Below are positions 48,842 to 58,988 of a stretch of 64,000 bases of DNA, in pieces. Where the stretch lies: NCBI GenBank assembly GCA_009602735.1, contig WELA01003362.1:1-64000 (forward strand), written 5' to 3'. The notes under the pieces are model-generated. The model searched no databases. It was not told the origin of the DNA and saw only the letters and a list, made by a program, of their open reading frames with translations. Each line of letters begins with the position of its first letter. Position 1 is the first letter of the stretch. This stretch comes from Mesotaenium endlicherianum (lineage: Eukaryota). Position numbers and translations under genes: made by a program.

Positions 48842-49843
48842 ATGATGGAAAACAAAGCGAACTGGAAAAAGCGATTGGAGCAGGTTTTGTGGCTGCTCGC
48901 TGGCATCGGCGCCATAGTGCTGATGGGTGCCGCTATGCGGAAAAAAGACCAGAAGCTTTGTACGGATATCAGGATCGAGATCATGGGAACAGAACAGCAG
49001 ATGTTCATCGATGAAAAAGACATTGCCGGCCTCTTGAAAAAGAACGGTGAAGTGATAGGGGAACCGGTTGCCATGCTGAACCTGCGTTACATGGAAACAC
49101 TGATTGAAAAAGATCCCTGGGTAAAGAATGCAGAAATGTTCTTTGATAACAAACAGGTGCTGGATGTTCGCATAGAAGAAAGAGAGCCGGTAGCGCGTGT
49201 TTTTACGAAGCAGGGCGGTTCGTTCTACGTAGACAGGGAAGGACTGCGACTGCCGCTCAGTGAAAAGCTATCGGCCCGTGTACCGGTATTCACCAATTTT
49301 CCTTCGGAGAAAGTGAACCTCTCGAAACCCGACAGTGCCCTCCTGAAAAACATAGTGAGCCTGGGCCGTTATGTACTGGCAGATTCTTTCTGGATGGCGC
49401 AAACAGCACAGATAGACATCACACCCGAAGCAAATTTTGAGCTGGTGCCGGTCATCGGTAACCATACAGTGGCGCTGGGCAATGCTTCGGAGCTGGACAG
49501 CAAATTCAACAGGTTGTATACGTTTTACCGGCAAGCCTGGTTGCAGAATGGCATGCAAACCTATTCCCGCCTCGATGTGCAATACCACAACGAGGTAGTG
49601 GCCACCAGGAGAAATTATACGAAGCCTGTTGCGAAGGATTCGCTGACTGTAGCAACTGCTCCGGTAACACATGCAACCCCTGCGGCAGCGCCCGTAAATG
49701 TTAAACCCGTAGCAAAAATGAACAGCACAACAAAATCTGTTGGGGCTGCAAGCAATAAAAGAAGTAATAATTCGTTAACGAATGAGCGAAAGGCAAAGGC
49801 TGTTATGAAAAAGCAAACAACAACTAAAACACATACGCTATGA
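48842..49843 (+). CDS. ftsQ: Cell division protein FtsQ/DivIB
   Basis: TM + POTRA-like region (PWVKNAE), EREPVARV; between murC and ftsA. Confidence 0.85.
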   Translation: MMENKANWKKRLEQVLWLLAGIGAIVLMGAAMRKKDQKLCTDIRIEIMGTEQQMFIDEKDIAGLLKKNGEVIGEPVAMLNLRYMETLIEKDPWVKNAEMFFDNKQVLDVRIEEREPVARVFTKQGGSFYVDREGLRLPLSEKLSARVPVFTNFPSEKVNLSKPDSALLKNIVSLGRYVLADSFWMAQTAQIDITPEANFELVPVIGNHTVALGNASELDSKFNRLYTFYRQAWLQNGMQTYSRLDVQYHNEVVATRRNYTKPVAKDSLTVATAPVTHATPAAAPVNVKPVAKMNSTTKSVGAASNKRSNNSLTNERKAKAVMKKQTTTKTHTL

Positions 49844-51207
49844 ATCACAATGAACCACCCATCATTGTTGGTCTCGACATTGGAACTACCAAAATCGCAG
49901 CCATTGCCGGTCGCAAGAACGAACACGGCAAGCTGGAGATATTGGGTTTCGGCCGCGCCAACAGCAATGGTGTGCAGCACGGGCAGGTATTGAACATCGA
50001 CCAGACCATCAAAGCCATTCAGCAGGCTTTGTTGAACTGTTACGACAGCAACCCGGAATTGGAGATCAATGAAGTGTACGTGGGTATTGCCGGGCATCAT
50101 ATCAAGAGCCTGCAAACCCGCGGCGACATTGTTCGCCAGGATCCTGAAACCGAGATACAACGCTGGGAAATAGACCAGTTGCTCAACAACCAGCGCAAGA
50201 CATTTATTCCCGCAGGTGACCAGATCATCGACGTGATACCGCAGGATTTCCATGTAGACAATATCCAGAACATCAAAGATCCGGTTGGATATAATGGTGT
50301 GAAAGTGGGAGCGAATTTCCACATCATCACCGGCGACCGAAATGCCATCCGCAACATCAACCGAGCTGTTGAAAGAAGCAGCCTGGTAACCAAAGACCTG
50401 GTATTGCAACCACTGGCCTCTGCAAGTGCTGTGATGAGTGATATAGATATGGAAGCCGGCGTGGCCATCCTGGACATCGGCGGTGGTACGAGCGACCTGG
50501 CGGTATTCTATGAAGGCATATTGAAACACACAGCAGTGATACCTTTCGGCGGAGAGAACATTACCAATGATATCCGAATGGGACTGGGTGTACTCAAGAG
50601 CCAGGCCGAAGCCATGAAAGTGCAGTTTGGTAGTGCATTGGCCGATGAAGCGAAGAGCAACGCCTTCATCACCATACCCGGTTTGAAAGGCATGCCTGCC
50701 AAAGAGATCAGTGTGAAGAACCTGGCGGCCATCATACAGGCGCGCATGAGCGAGATACTGGATTTCGTTACTTACCATATCAAGCAAGTGGGTCTCGACA
50801 GCCGCGCCCTGAACGGCGGTATCATTTTAACCGGTGGTGGTTCGCAGCTTAAGCACCTGATACAATTAACAGAATATACAACAGGCCTGAATGCGCGCAT
50901 CGGGTTGCCCAATGAGCACCTGGCGCCCAATCATATAGAGGAACTGAAGAAGCCGATGTATGCTACCTGCCTGGGATTGATATTGAAAGGTTACAGCGAT
51001 TACGATCATAAATACAAAGAGTTTGCAGAGAAATTCAAGAAAGTGGAAGTGCCCAAATCGCTGACGGTAATACAGGCAGAACAACCGGAAGTGCCGGTAA
51101 TGAATGTACGCGCAGAAGCCGGCGAAAGAAAGCCGAAATTCTGGGACAAGTTCAAGAACAACCTGATAGAACTTTTCAAAGAAGAAGGAGATCAAGTCAT
51201 CCGATAA
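49840..51207 (+). CDS. ftsA: Cell division protein FtsA
   Basis: GLDIGTTKI, DIGGGTSD, LTGGGSQL. Confidence 0.97.
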   Translation: MNHNEPPIIVGLDIGTTKIAAIAGRKNEHGKLEILGFGRANSNGVQHGQVLNIDQTIKAIQQALLNCYDSNPELEINEVYVGIAGHHIKSLQTRGDIVRQDPETEIQRWEIDQLLNNQRKTFIPAGDQIIDVIPQDFHVDNIQNIKDPVGYNGVKVGANFHIITGDRNAIRNINRAVERSSLVTKDLVLQPLASASAVMSDIDMEAGVAILDIGGGTSDLAVFYEGILKHTAVIPFGGENITNDIRMGLGVLKSQAEAMKVQFGSALADEAKSNAFITIPGLKGMPAKEISVKNLAAIIQARMSEILDFVTYHIKQVGLDSRALNGGIILTGGGSQLKHLIQLTEYTTGLNARIGLPNEHLAPNHIEELKKPMYATCLGLILKGYSDYDHKYKEFAEKFKKVEVPKSLTVIQAEQPEVPVMNVRAEAGERKPKFWDKFKNNLIELFKEEGDQVIR

Positions 51208-51261
51208 CTTCAACTCATATCCTATGTACCACTAACATCTACCTAACCCAAATAATACGCT

Positions 51262-53133
51262 ATGATTCATTTTGATCTTCCCAAACAAAAATCCTCCATC
51301 ATCAAGGTCCTCGGTGTAGGGGGTGGGGGAAGCAACGCGGTTAACTTCATGTTCGAGCAGCACATCGAAGGCGTTGATTTTATTATATGCAATACCGATG
51401 CGAAAGCCATTGAACAGAGTGAAGTGCCGAACAAGATCCAACTGGGACCACATCTTACACAGGGTTTAGGTGCAGGCGCCAATCCCGAAATTGGTAAGAG
51501 AGCTACGGAAGAGTCGCTCGAAGAAATCAAACGCATACTGGAAGTGAATACCAAGATGGCATTCATAACAGTAGGCATGGGCGGCGGTACCGGTACCGGT
51601 GGCGCACCCATCGTTGCACAGATATGTAAAGACCTGGGCATCCTTACCGTGGGTATTGTAACCACTCCTTTTGGCTTTGAAGGTCCGCGCAGGCAACTGC
51701 AGGCCGAAGAAGGCATCCGCCAGCTGAAACCTTATGTAGATACTTTGCTGGTGATCAGCAATGACAAGCTGCGCATGCAATACGGTAACCTGAAAATGAA
51801 AGAAGCTTTCTGCAAGGCCGATAATGTATTGGCCACTGCAGCTAAGTGTATCACCGATATCATCAACAGCAAAGGACATATCATTGTTGACTTTGCCGAC
51901 GTATGCACTGTGATGAAGAGCGGAGGCGTAGCCATATTGGGTAAGGCCGAAGTAGAAGGCGAGGACAGGGCCGAGCGCGCCATCGAAGAAGCGCTGGCTT
52001 CTCCTTTATTGAATGATAACGATATCAGGGGAGCCAAATGGATCCTCATCAATATCAATAGCGCCGAAGGTGATCATGAATGCACGATGGATGAACTGGA
52101 AACCATCAATAATTACCTGCGTTTGCAGGCAGGACCCGATACCGATGTGATAGTGGGTATGGGATACGATCAATCGCTCGACAGGAAAATAGGCATCACT
52201 TTGATCGCTACCGGTTTTGAACACAAAGATCCTTTTGCCAAACCCATAGCCGTTAAAAAAGCGGAGCCGCAACCTGAAAAGATCATGATGACATTGGGCG
52301 AAGATGCAGAAGCGCCCAAAGCAGCGCCACAGCCGGTACAACAGGTGTTGCCGCTGGAAGAAATAGATACTTTCGCTCCGCAGATGCAGGAAGTGCCGAT
52401 GCAGGAACCTGTGCTGAATATTTTCCCAACAGTTGTTGAAACCGTACAGCCGGTTACACCTGTTCGGGAAGAAGAAAAGGAAACGATGGTATTGCAGTTC
52501 GAACTGAATCCTGAAATAACCGACGAGGTAAAAGTACCCGACACTGTTCAGGAAGAAGTACATGTTCCGCGGAAAGTGATCGCTGATGAGATGCTGCAGT
52601 TCAAAGTAACGGAACACCAGGCTCAGCCTGCCGCTGCTGCACCGGCTGCTATGTCATACCTCAGCAAGCCATCTAATATTTATGCATCGGAAGAGCCGGT
52701 AGCTCAGGCGCCTGTGCCAAAGCCACAGCCGCAACCTCAACCACAGCCGCAGGTACACCAGCAGCCCCAACCTGTACAGGAAGAGCTGCCGATGGAAATG
52801 CAGTTGGTAGAGCGTGAAGAGAAAAAAGCGCCACAATCCCAGCCCCAGCCAGTTATTGACGATGTGCTGGATGATGTGGAAGAGCAGAAAAGAAGGGCAG
52901 CAGAAAGGATACATAAGCTGCGCAATCTTTCTTACAACATGAACAGTGCAGCAGATGCCAACAATGAATTTGATACGGTTCCGGCTTACGTACGCCGTAA
53001 TATGGAACTGTTTGGTAATACACTTACTTCGGTAGAAAACTTTTACAGCAAGTACACGGTAAGTAAGGACGAGAACAACCAAGCACAGATATCAACCATC
53101 AATACTTTTTTGGATGGAAAGAAGCCTGACTAA
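51262..53133 (+). CDS. ftsZ: Cell division protein FtsZ with long linker
   Basis: GVGGGGSNAVN, GMGGGTGTG, VDFADV, C-terminal VPAYVRR. Confidence 0.98.
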   Translation: MIHFDLPKQKSSIIKVLGVGGGGSNAVNFMFEQHIEGVDFIICNTDAKAIEQSEVPNKIQLGPHLTQGLGAGANPEIGKRATEESLEEIKRILEVNTKMAFITVGMGGGTGTGGAPIVAQICKDLGILTVGIVTTPFGFEGPRRQLQAEEGIRQLKPYVDTLLVISNDKLRMQYGNLKMKEAFCKADNVLATAAKCITDIINSKGHIIVDFADVCTVMKSGGVAILGKAEVEGEDRAERAIEEALASPLLNDNDIRGAKWILININSAEGDHECTMDELETINNYLRLQAGPDTDVIVGMGYDQSLDRKIGITLIATGFEHKDPFAKPIAVKKAEPQPEKIMMTLGEDAEAPKAAPQPVQQVLPLEEIDTFAPQMQEVPMQEPVLNIFPTVVETVQPVTPVREEEKETMVLQFELNPEITDEVKVPDTVQEEVHVPRKVIADEMLQFKVTEHQAQPAAAAPAAMSYLSKPSNIYASEEPVAQAPVPKPQPQPQPQPQVHQQPQPVQEELPMEMQLVEREEKKAPQSQPQPVIDDVLDDVEEQKRRAAERIHKLRNLSYNMNSAADANNEFDTVPAYVRRNMELFGNTLTSVENFYSKYTVSKDENNQAQISTINTFLDGKKPD

Positions 53134-53178
53134 AGATGGTTTAAGAATTTTTGTTTAGCCTGGTGATTTTAGTTGTTT

Positions 53179-53211
53179 GCCCCCGATTGCTGAAAGTCGG
53201 GGGTTTTTTTA
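53179..53211 (+). terminator. Intrinsic terminator after ftsZ
   Basis: GCCCCCGATT-loop-AGTCGGGGGT followed by a T-run. Confidence 0.85.
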
Positions 53212-53212
53212 T

Positions 53213-54043
53213 TTACAGGTCGCGCTTCTTCTGCACGGTATAACAGATGTACCAGATGATGGCCGTTAGCGCGATGGTGAGTATGATCTGTGTGGGAACA
53301 TCGCTCAATGCGTTATCATAACCTTGTTTGGCATCTTTGCCCCAGTGTCCTACAAATGCAGGCGGGATGATCATACCGTCCGATATCTTGAAAGGAAGCA
53401 GCCGCGCTACGATATCGAGGTGCAGCTTGTATTTAAAATAACTGGCGGCAATGTTCTCGATCACCAGGTAATAGAAAACAAAAATTCCCAACGCGATAAA
53501 AGCTCTTTTGATTAAGAAGCCTAATAGAAAAGCGATCGACAACTGGGCGAACGATTGCAGCAGGAAAAGCGGTATGTATTGCAGTTGCTCGCTCCACCGG
53601 TAGTAGTACATTTTATCCGATGCGAAGCCAAAAGCGCAGGCTACCAGTGTATACACGATTGTTACAATTATCGATACGGTGAGTACCCCCATCATTTTTG
53701 CGGTGATGAATTGCTGGCGGCTCCATCCGTCGATAACGTTCTGGCGATGAGTACGGAACTGGTATTCGTTGGCAATGAGCATGATCACCAGTATGGAAGG
53801 CAGCATCACAAAGTAAGAAGAAAAATAAGCCACGGTATGCCAGGATTCAGGGAAAGCATACGGATTGCCCAGCAACATTTTGGCAAGCATATTGGTCATT
53901 TCTTTGCCGGAAGTGATGGTATCATACAGGGTGTACATCATCAGGTTGATACCGGGATAAGTGAGCATAACGATCGCCAGCATCCACCAGAATGCACGGT
54001 ATCTCTTCAGCTTCAGCCATTCAATTTTCAGTAAAGCGAACAT
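53213..54043 (-). CDS. ABC-2 type transporter permease
   Basis: LLKIEWLKL, NEYQFRT.RQNVIDGWSR..F; six TMs; follows the ATPase gene. Confidence 0.88.
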   Translation of the reverse strand: MFALLKIEWLKLKRYRAFWWMLAIVMLTYPGINLMMYTLYDTITSGKEMTNMLAKMLLGNPYAFPESWHTVAYFSSYFVMLPSILVIMLIANEYQFRTHRQNVIDGWSRQQFITAKMMGVLTVSIIVTIVYTLVACAFGFASDKMYYYRWSEQLQYIPLFLLQSFAQLSIAFLLGFLIKRAFIALGIFVFYYLVIENIAASYFKYKLHLDIVARLLPFKISDGMIIPPAFVGHWGKDAKQGYDNALSDVPTQIILTIALTAIIWYICYTVQKKRDL

Positions 54044-54053
54044 AGTGTTGGTC

Positions 54054-54947
54054 TTATTCGTTTGTTAATTCAAAGAATTTGGCTTCCAGGCTTTTCTTCT
54101 TCAGCACCAGCAGGTTGAGCGCAACGCCTTTTTCAAAACAGAAGCGGTTGATGTCTTCAAGCTTCGCCGTTCCTACGGGGAAATACAATTGTATATTCTT
54201 TCCATCCTGTTTAATAGAAGTGTAGCCCGGAAAATGTTCCAGCGCTGCACGCAGTTGGTCGGGTTGCGAAGAAGATACTTCTGCAATGTCTTCATTCGCG
54301 AGTACTTCATCTACCTGTCCGGCTGTAAGGAGGGTGCCTTTTTTGAGGATAGCTACATGGGTACATACTTTCTCCACTTCATCGAGCAGGTGGCTGGCCA
54401 TGATAATGGTCTTGCCCTGTTTTGCCAGGTTTTTGATGAGTTCGCGTATTTCTGCAATGCCAACGGGATCGAGTCCGTTGGTAGGTTCATCGAAGACCAA
54501 CACTTGCGGACTACCCAATAAAGCAGCGCCGATGGCGAGCCGTTGTTTCATACCCAGACTATAAGTGCTGAACTTGCTTTTCTTACGCGCGGTGAGTCCC
54601 ACTATGTCAATCACTTTATCGATATCAGCCGGTACCCCCCTGCCACTGATGGCCTGTGTAATTTGCAGGTTGTCTACCGCCGATAAATAATGATAGAGAT
54701 TGGGTGTTTCAAGCAATGCACCGATCTGTTTCCGTGTTTCGGGAGAGCCCGGTTGTCCGAACCAACTGAAACTGCCGGCATCCTGCCGGAGAATATCGAG
54801 TATGATGCTGAGCAATGTGGTTTTGCCGCTGCCATTGGGACCAAGGATACCAAACACCGATCCCTGCGGCACATTGAATGATACCTCGTTAAGCGCTTTG
54901 ATGGGGCCATAAGATTTACTGATGGCCTGTAGCGAGAGCACTGACAT
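54054..54947 (-). CDS. ABC transporter ATP-binding protein (BcrA-like)
   Basis: GPNGSGKTT, YSLGMKQRL, FDEPTNGLDP, SHLLDE. Confidence 0.93.
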   Translation of the reverse strand: MSVLSLQAISKSYGPIKALNEVSFNVPQGSVFGILGPNGSGKTTLLSIILDILRQDAGSFSWFGQPGSPETRKQIGALLETPNLYHYLSAVDNLQITQAISGRGVPADIDKVIDIVGLTARKKSKFSTYSLGMKQRLAIGAALLGSPQVLVFDEPTNGLDPVGIAEIRELIKNLAKQGKTIIMASHLLDEVEKVCTHVAILKKGTLLTAGQVDEVLANEDIAEVSSSQPDQLRAALEHFPGYTSIKQDGKNIQLYFPVGTAKLEDINRFCFEKGVALNLLVLKKKSLEAKFFELTNE

Positions 54948-54989
54948 GAGCAGTTATTTGTTTAAAGATAGGGAAATGACTAATATGAT

Positions 54990-55103
54990 CGTCATCCCGA
55001 GCAACGTCACCCTGGGCGAGCGAAGCGAGTCGAAGGGGCTGCCGAGGGATCTGCCCGAATGTTCAGCAGGTCCTTCGACTCGCTTCGCTCGCTCAGGATG
55101 ACG
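54990..55103. repeat. CGTC double-hairpin element, copy 10 (nested variant, reverse orientation)
   Basis: CGTCATCCCGAGCAA-CGTCACCCTGGGCGAGCGAAGCGAGTCGAAGGGG-CTGCCGAGGGA... Confidence 0.95.
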
Positions 55104-55114
55104 AAAAAGGGTAA

Positions 55115-57490
55115 TTAATTTCTAATGGGCTTGCCGGTTTTCAGTACACTTTGTATGCGCTCCAATGTTTTCTTCTCTCCGCAAAGACTCAGGAAAGCTT
55201 CACGTTCCAGGTCGAGCAGGTATTGTTCGCTCACCAGTGATTGTTCACTGAGGTCGCCGCCACACATCACATAAGCGAGTTTCTTAGCTACCACCACATC
55301 GTGATCGGTAGCGTAATTGCCGCGCCACATACCATTGATGCCTGCATACAAAGCGCCTAATACCGAACGGCCCAATACCTTGATGTCTTTGCGTTGTACC
55401 GGTGTAATATAACCTTGTTCGTATGCTTCGATCACTGATTTCCTGGCTTCGTTGATACGGCGGCTGGTATTCATCACTACCTCATCGTGTCCCTTTCGCA
55501 AAATACCCATCTCAAAAGCTTCGAATGCCGAAGTAGCTACTTTGGCAGTGGCTACATTGAAGAAGCGGTTCTTGAGTGTGATGGTTTCGGGCTCATCTTC
55601 ATGCATCTCATCAGCGGCACGCAGCGCAAATTCTTTGGTGCCGCCACCGCCGGGGATCAGGCCCACACCCAGTTCCACCAGTCCGATATATGTTTCTGCT
55701 GCCGCACATACTTTATCGGCATGCAGGTTCATTTCACAACCGCCGCCCAGCGTCAATCCGTGTGGAGCGGTAACCACCGGCACAGCAGAATAACGTACCC
55801 GCATCATACTGTTCTGGAACAAACGTATGGCCATATCCAGCTCATCGTATTCCTGTTCAATGGCCAGCATGAAGATCATGCCTACATTAGCGCCCGCGCT
55901 GAAATTGGCGCTCTCATTGGCAATGACGAGACCTTTGAATTTTTCTTCTGCAATACCAATGGCTTTGTTGAGTCCTTCGAGCACTTCACCGCCGATGCTG
56001 TTCATCTTACTGCTCCATTCAAAACCGGCAACGCCATCACCAATATCGTACAAACGGCAGGCGCTGTTTTTCCATACCAGTTGATCGCGGTGATTATTCA
56101 ATATGAGGAATGACTCACCACCGGGTAAGGGCTGGTAAGTTTTACTGTTCACATCATAATACAAGCGTTTGCCATTCTCCACTTTATAAAAACTGGTGGC
56201 GCCGCCTGCCAGCATCTCTTCTATCCATGGGGCCGGTTGATGACCAGCCGCTTTCATGGCCGCCACTGTTTTGGCTACACCCAAAAGATCCCAACTTTCA
56301 AATGCGCCGATCTCCCAACCAAAACCTGCTTTCATCGCATCGTCGAGACGATAGAGTTCATCGCTGATCTCGGGTATGCGGAAGGAAATATAAGAGAAGA
56401 GGGAATAATGGAAGGCACGGTAGAATTCACCGGCTTTATCGGGAGCCGCTACGAGCATGGCCAGCCGTTGTTTGAGATCATCTATGGGCTTGGCTGCATC
56501 GAGACTTGCAAACCTGGGCCTAGCCCTGGGGCCGTATTCCATGGTATGGAGGTTCAGGGTAAGGATCTCTTTGCTCCCGGCAGATTGCACTTTTTTAAAG
56601 AAGCCTTGCCCGGTCTTATCACCCAGCCAGTTATTGGTTACCATGGTATCGAGCCAGGCGGGAATATTGAAAACGGCGCGCGCCTCATCAGCCAGACAAT
56701 TCTCTGCAACACCCCTGGCCACTTTTACCAGGGTATCGATGCCTACCACGTCGGCCGTGCGGAAAGTGGCCGACTTGGGACGGCCGATGAGCGGACCGGT
56801 AAGCGCATCGATCTCATCAATGCCTAGTTGCATCTGGTCCATGATATGAAAAATGCTCATGATGCCGAACACACCAATGCGGTTGGCAATGAAGGCAGGC
56901 GTGTCTTTACACAATACGGTTGTTTTCCCCAGGAACAGATCGCCATAGTGAAGCAGGAAATCCACCACGTCCCGGCTGGTATGTGGCGTAGGTATGATCT
57001 CCAGCAGCCGCAGGTAGCGGGGCGGGTTGAAAAAATGGCTGCCGCAGAAATGTTTTTTAAAGTCCTCACTCCGGCCTTCAGCCATGAGATGGATAGGAAT
57101 ACCGGAAGTATTGGAAGTGATAAGGGTACCGGGTTTGCGGAACTGCTCTACTTTTTCATAGAGTTGCTGCTTGATGTCGAGCCTTTCCACCACCACTTCA
57201 ATGATCCAATCGCAATGGGCAATTTCTTTCAGGTTGTCTTCGAAATTACCCGTGGTAATACGCTTCACCACCTCTTTGGTGAAAACAGGAGAGGGGTTGC
57301 TTTTAATGGCGGCCTGCAAAGCATCGTTCACCAGTTTGTTGCGTTCGGCAGGTTTGGTACTTGCTTCAGCGCCTTTGGCCAGCATATCGAGCAGCAATAC
57401 CTGAACGCCAATACCTGCAAAATGACAGGCAATGCGTGAACCCATCACACCACTGCCCAGGACGGCCACTTTTTTAATGGATCGGATCAT
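55115..57490 (-). CDS. 3-hydroxyacyl-CoA dehydrogenase / enoyl-CoA hydratase (FadN-like)
   Basis: VLGSGVMGS, SNTSGIPI, HFFNPPRYL, DTPAFIANRIG; crotonase part NFSAGAN, GGGCE, GLVELGVGLIPGGGG. Confidence 0.94.
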   Translation of the reverse strand: MIRSIKKVAVLGSGVMGSRIACHFAGIGVQVLLLDMLAKGAEASTKPAERNKLVNDALQAAIKSNPSPVFTKEVVKRITTGNFEDNLKEIAHCDWIIEVVVERLDIKQQLYEKVEQFRKPGTLITSNTSGIPIHLMAEGRSEDFKKHFCGSHFFNPPRYLRLLEIIPTPHTSRDVVDFLLHYGDLFLGKTTVLCKDTPAFIANRIGVFGIMSIFHIMDQMQLGIDEIDALTGPLIGRPKSATFRTADVVGIDTLVKVARGVAENCLADEARAVFNIPAWLDTMVTNNWLGDKTGQGFFKKVQSAGSKEILTLNLHTMEYGPRARPRFASLDAAKPIDDLKQRLAMLVAAPDKAGEFYRAFHYSLFSYISFRIPEISDELYRLDDAMKAGFGWEIGAFESWDLLGVAKTVAAMKAAGHQPAPWIEEMLAGGATSFYKVENGKRLYYDVNSKTYQPLPGGESFLILNNHRDQLVWKNSACRLYDIGDGVAGFEWSSKMNSIGGEVLEGLNKAIGIAEEKFKGLVIANESANFSAGANVGMIFMLAIEQEYDELDMAIRLFQNSMMRVRYSAVPVVTAPHGLTLGGGCEMNLHADKVCAAAETYIGLVELGVGLIPGGGGTKEFALRAADEMHEDEPETITLKNRFFNVATAKVATSAFEAFEMGILRKGHDEVVMNTSRRINEARKSVIEAYEQGYITPVQRKDIKVLGRSVLGALYAGINGMWRGNYATDHDVVVAKKLAYVMCGGDLSEQSLVSEQYLLDLEREAFLSLCGEKKTLERIQSVLKTGKPIRN

Positions 57491-57545
57491 AGCTAAACTT
57501 TGTATAAAATTAGTTAGTTATGCAACTATTTCAATCGAAGGTAGC

Positions 57546-57591
57546 AAAAAAATATCCAACACCGGATGCAGGGAAACTGATGTTGGATATT
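57546..57591 (-). terminator. Intrinsic terminator on the minus strand upstream of the fadN-like gene
   Basis: 11-bp perfect stem AATATCCAACA (57551-57561) / TGTTGGATATT (57581-57591); A7 at 57546-57552 reads as a U-tract on minus. Confidence 0.8.
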
Positions 57592-57623
57592 AGCCATTCG
57601 GGACGAAGCGGGTATTCGATAAG

Positions 57624-57704
57624 CTATCTTTCCGAGGTGGCGGCACCTTTGTATGCCATGTATAGGCACACGAGATAAACAACTAGCAATACGTAAACTA
57701 ACAT
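57624..57704 (-). CDS. Putative 26-aa single-TM small protein MLVYVLLVVYLVCLYMAYKGAATSER
   Basis: Hand-translated (below ORF-track cutoff); lies between a promoter-like TATATTGT (57733-57726) and the terminator. Confidence 0.5.
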   Translation of the reverse strand: MLVYVLLVVYLVCLYMAYKGAATSER

Positions 57705-57855
57705 AATCAGGGGGGATTAGTTGCTACAATATACACTTAAAAGCGCGATTTGTTGCCATGCCGGGCGAAGCATTTATTAACCCAATGTTAATATCGGCTT
57801 GCCGTTTAACAAGAAACCGGGGAGAAATGGCTGGCTTTCAATTATTTTTGTTCAC

Positions 57856-58146
57856 ATGGACATCACCCCTGAAATGATCAATAACCTGGCCCATTTATCA
57901 AGGCTGGAATTCAGCGAAGCGGAAAAGCGATCTATTGGCGCCGATTTACAGAAGATAGTGGCGTTTGTAGAAAAGCTCCAGGAACTGGATACCCGTGGTG
58001 TAATGCCATTGCTGCACATCAGCGATGCAGCCAATGTGTTAAGGAATGATGAACTGGGCGGATCGGTAACACGTGGCGAAGCGCTGATGAATGCGCCGGT
58101 GAAAGACGAAGCATTCTTTAAAGTGCCGAAGGTCATCAAAAAATAA
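57856..58146 (+). CDS. gatC: Asp/Glu-tRNA amidotransferase subunit C
   Basis: LAHLSRL, LQELDT.GV.P, LRND, NAP...FFKVPKVI; start moved to ATG 57856. Confidence 0.92.
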   Translation: MDITPEMINNLAHLSRLEFSEAEKRSIGADLQKIVAFVEKLQELDTRGVMPLLHISDAANVLRNDELGGSVTRGEALMNAPVKDEAFFKVPKVIKK

Positions 58147-58150
58147 TCGT

Positions 58151-58858
58151 ATGAGCAACCCGATCATCCAGTTAGAATCGATTGAAAAAAGCTATTTCAT
58201 GGGCAACCAGGCGATACAGGCGTTGAAAGGCGTATCGCTTGAGATATCCAAAAATGAATACGTGGCCCTGATGGGTCCTTCGGGCAGCGGCAAGAGTACA
58301 TTGATGAATATTTTGGGCTGTCTCGATTCTCCAACCGGTGGCAGGTATATTTTGAACGGGCTCGATGTGAGCAAGATGCCGGACGACAGCCTGGCCAGTG
58401 TGCGCAATACGGAAATAGGATTTGTGTTCCAGCAGTTTAATCTCCTGCCCAGGCTCACTGCGGCTGAAAACGTGGCGCTGCCATTGATCTATGCAGGGAT
58501 AGGCCGGAAGGAAAGAACGGAAAGGGCTATGGAAGCGCTGAAGAAAGTGGGATTGGAAACGAGGAGCCATCACAAGTCGAATGAGCTGAGTGGCGGACAG
58601 ATACAGCGTGTGGCTATTGCCCGTGCCCTGGTAAACAACCCTTCCTTGTTACTGGCCGATGAGCCTACCGGCAACCTCGATACCAGAACCTCTGCTGAAG
58701 TAATGGAAATATTCTCCAAAATACAGGAAGCAGGAAACACGGTGGTGCTGGTAACACACGAAGAAGACATCGCTGCTTATGCGCACAGGATCGTACGCAT
58801 GAGAGACGGCGTCATTGAAAGTGATAAGTTGAAGGAAGCAATGATGATTCATCATTAA
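58151..58858 (+). CDS. ABC transporter ATP-binding protein (MacB/LolD-like)
   Basis: [41 protein letters not shown]. Confidence 0.93.
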   Translation: MSNPIIQLESIEKSYFMGNQAIQALKGVSLEISKNEYVALMGPSGSGKSTLMNILGCLDSPTGGRYILNGLDVSKMPDDSLASVRNTEIGFVFQQFNLLPRLTAAENVALPLIYAGIGRKERTERAMEALKKVGLETRSHHKSNELSGGQIQRVAIARALVNNPSLLLADEPTGNLDTRTSAEVMEIFSKIQEAGNTVVLVTHEEDIAAYAHRIVRMRDGVIESDKLKEAMMIHH

Positions 58859-58862
58859 TGTA

Positions 58863-58964
58863 CGTCATCCTGAGCGAGCGAAGCGAGTCGAAGGACCTGC
58901 TGAACATTCGTGCAGATCCCTCGGCTACGCTCGGGATGACGACCGAAACGCGCTCGGGATGACG
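58863..58964. repeat. CGTC double-hairpin element, copy 11 (58863-58941) plus duplicated end
   Basis: Second CGCTCGGGATGACG ending 23 nt after the first end. Confidence 0.95.
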
Positions 58965-58988
58965 GCAGCTTTAAAATCAGAATTTTTT

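Noticed and set aside
40277..50787. Long antisense ORFs (e.g. 40277-41263, 49615-50787)
   Set aside because: They lie opposite well-supported dcw genes and are explained by codon bias
58959..58988. ORF-track start of the adenosyltransferase at 58959
   Set aside because: That ATG is inside the repeat end (GGATGACG); the family N-terminus begins at ATG 58989
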